DNA of 15,577 bases from assembly GCA_038872135.1 (NCBI GenBank), contig JAVZGN010000021.1:1-15577 (forward strand). The letters are read 5' to 3'. Below, piece by piece: positions 14,675 through 15,577 of the stretch. Source of the stretch: Candidatus Hadarchaeales archaeon. Its GTDB lineage: Archaea; Hadarchaeota; Hadarchaeia; Hadarchaeales; Hadarchaeaceae. The translations under genes and the position numbers were made by a program. Under the pieces are notes generated by a model, which saw only the letters and a list, made by a program, of their open reading frames with translations, was not told where the DNA came from and made no database searches. Each line of letters begins with the position of its first letter. The first letter of the stretch is position 1.

Positions 14675-15391
14675 TCAGACGCCCAGCTTGCTGGCCAGGA
14701 GCCGAATGCTTTCTGAGACTTTGCTTTTTGGTTTAAACAACACTGCTGGCCTTCTCATGGTCGCCGCTTCCATCACAGAAATATCTTCAGGGATTCCGAC
14801 GAGGATTTTTGACTTGAGCCTCGCTTGGATCTGAGCTCTGTTTAAAAGATGCAATTTTTTGAAAAATGAGGATTTCCTGACTCTGTTGATCACAACTCCA
14901 TTTATCTTCATCCCCATTGTCTGGGCGATTTCTTCAACCTTGGCCGCCGACTCAACCGCCGCTGGATCTTGGGTGGAAACTATGAGGATAAAATCTGAGG
15001 TTTTCATGGGGGCCAGCGAATATTTGGTCAAGCCCGGAGGGGTGTCGATGATCACGACATCAAAATTTTGCTTTGCCCAATCTATTATTCTTCCGAGCTT
15101 TGTCATGTCGGCTTTCAGAAATCCCCGCAAAGAGGTTCCAGATGGGAGAATTTTTATCCCATATGCATCGTAAACGGCATTTTCGACATTGCCCCTTCCA
15201 GCTAGAAGATCATGAAGGTTTGGCTCGCGATCTATCAATCCAATAATGTTGGAGAGGCCAGCGGTGGCAATGTCACAGTCAACAACGAGTATTCTCCGCC
15301 CCATCCTCCCTAGAACAATCCCAAGATTTTCGGCAATGGTAGTTTTGCCCACCCCACCTTTGAGAGATGTTAATGCGATTGCGGTTCCCAT
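14675..15391 (-). CDS. minD: MinD/ParA family ATPase
   Basis: Deviant Walker A KGGVGKTT, VVDCD, L.DLL.G, IIDTPPG, GVVINRV, IPED..V.EA. ATG 15391 preferred (SD GGTGA 15400-15396) over TTG 15409. Confidence 0.88.
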   Translation of the reverse strand: MGTAIALTSLKGGVGKTTIAENLGIVLGRMGRRILVVDCDIATAGLSNIIGLIDREPNLHDLLAGRGNVENAVYDAYGIKILPSGTSLRGFLKADMTKLGRIIDWAKQNFDVVIIDTPPGLTKYSLAPMKTSDFILIVSTQDPAAVESAAKVEEIAQTMGMKINGVVINRVRKSSFFKKLHLLNRAQIQARLKSKILVGIPEDISVMEAATMRRPAVLFKPKSKVSESIRLLASKLGV

Positions 15392-15428
15392 CGCATCACC
15401 CAGCGACAATTAGGATAACGAATGTGGC

Positions 15429-15436
15429 TATTTAAG
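15429..15436 (-). promoter_or_regulatory. putative TATA box for minD
   Basis: CTTAAATA on the minus strand, placing a start site near 15405, just upstream of the SD. Confidence 0.5.
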
Positions 15437-15577
15437 TCTTCAGAGCCTAGTGCTGTGTTGCATAACTTCCCAATGTGGGCTTGATTTTTCTCTTCCGTCA
15501 CCTCCCTCATGCTCCAGTCACCCATGGTGGCTGGGTGGTCTTGTCATACCTTATAACCGAGTTGTAGAAGAGGAACT

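Noticed and set aside
1080-15173. Remaining short track ORFs opposite or inside the assigned genes
   Set aside because: They lie antisense or off-frame to well-supported CDS and show the Ser/Phe/Pro-rich composition typical of shadow frames.
15507-15577. Possible 3' end of an upstream minus-strand gene (...FLFYNSVIRYDKTTQPPWVTGA*)
   Set aside because: Only about 23 codons are visible and another frame is also briefly open; not assignable from this window.

Overview
A gene-dense archaeal chromosomal segment (TATA/BRE-type promoters, GGTGA/GAGGTG Shine-Dalgarno sites, Tfx, NadX, a class III pilin, 4-nt gene overlaps). I find 16 supportable CDS and no RNA genes, CRISPR arrays or mobile elements. 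In order: a DUF763 gene running off the left edge (missed by the ORF track), a small basic winged-helix protein, nadC-nadX without nadA, a membrane-anchored protein with two tandem beta-sandwich repeats, tfx divergent from a molybdate transporter / molybdopterin-binding protein / mocA operon, a DHOD-like FMN/2x[4Fe-4S] protein coupled to an SsnA-like amidohydrolase, a divergent allantoinase/hydantoinase-like enzyme, an ADP-forming acyl-CoA synthetase pair whose alpha subunit lacks the phospho-His loop, a 25%-GC intergenic region, and a MinD / inactive KaiC-like / pilin cluster. The best candidate for an undescribed system is 4005-11041. It looks like an archaeal version of the anaerobic reductive purine-degradation (ygfK-ssnA-hyuA type) module, built on a small stand-alone, probably ferredoxin-linked YgfK-like flavoprotein, next to a putatively Tfx-controlled Mo-uptake and MCD-cofactor operon. 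All family calls come from motif recognition by eye; no database searches were run.
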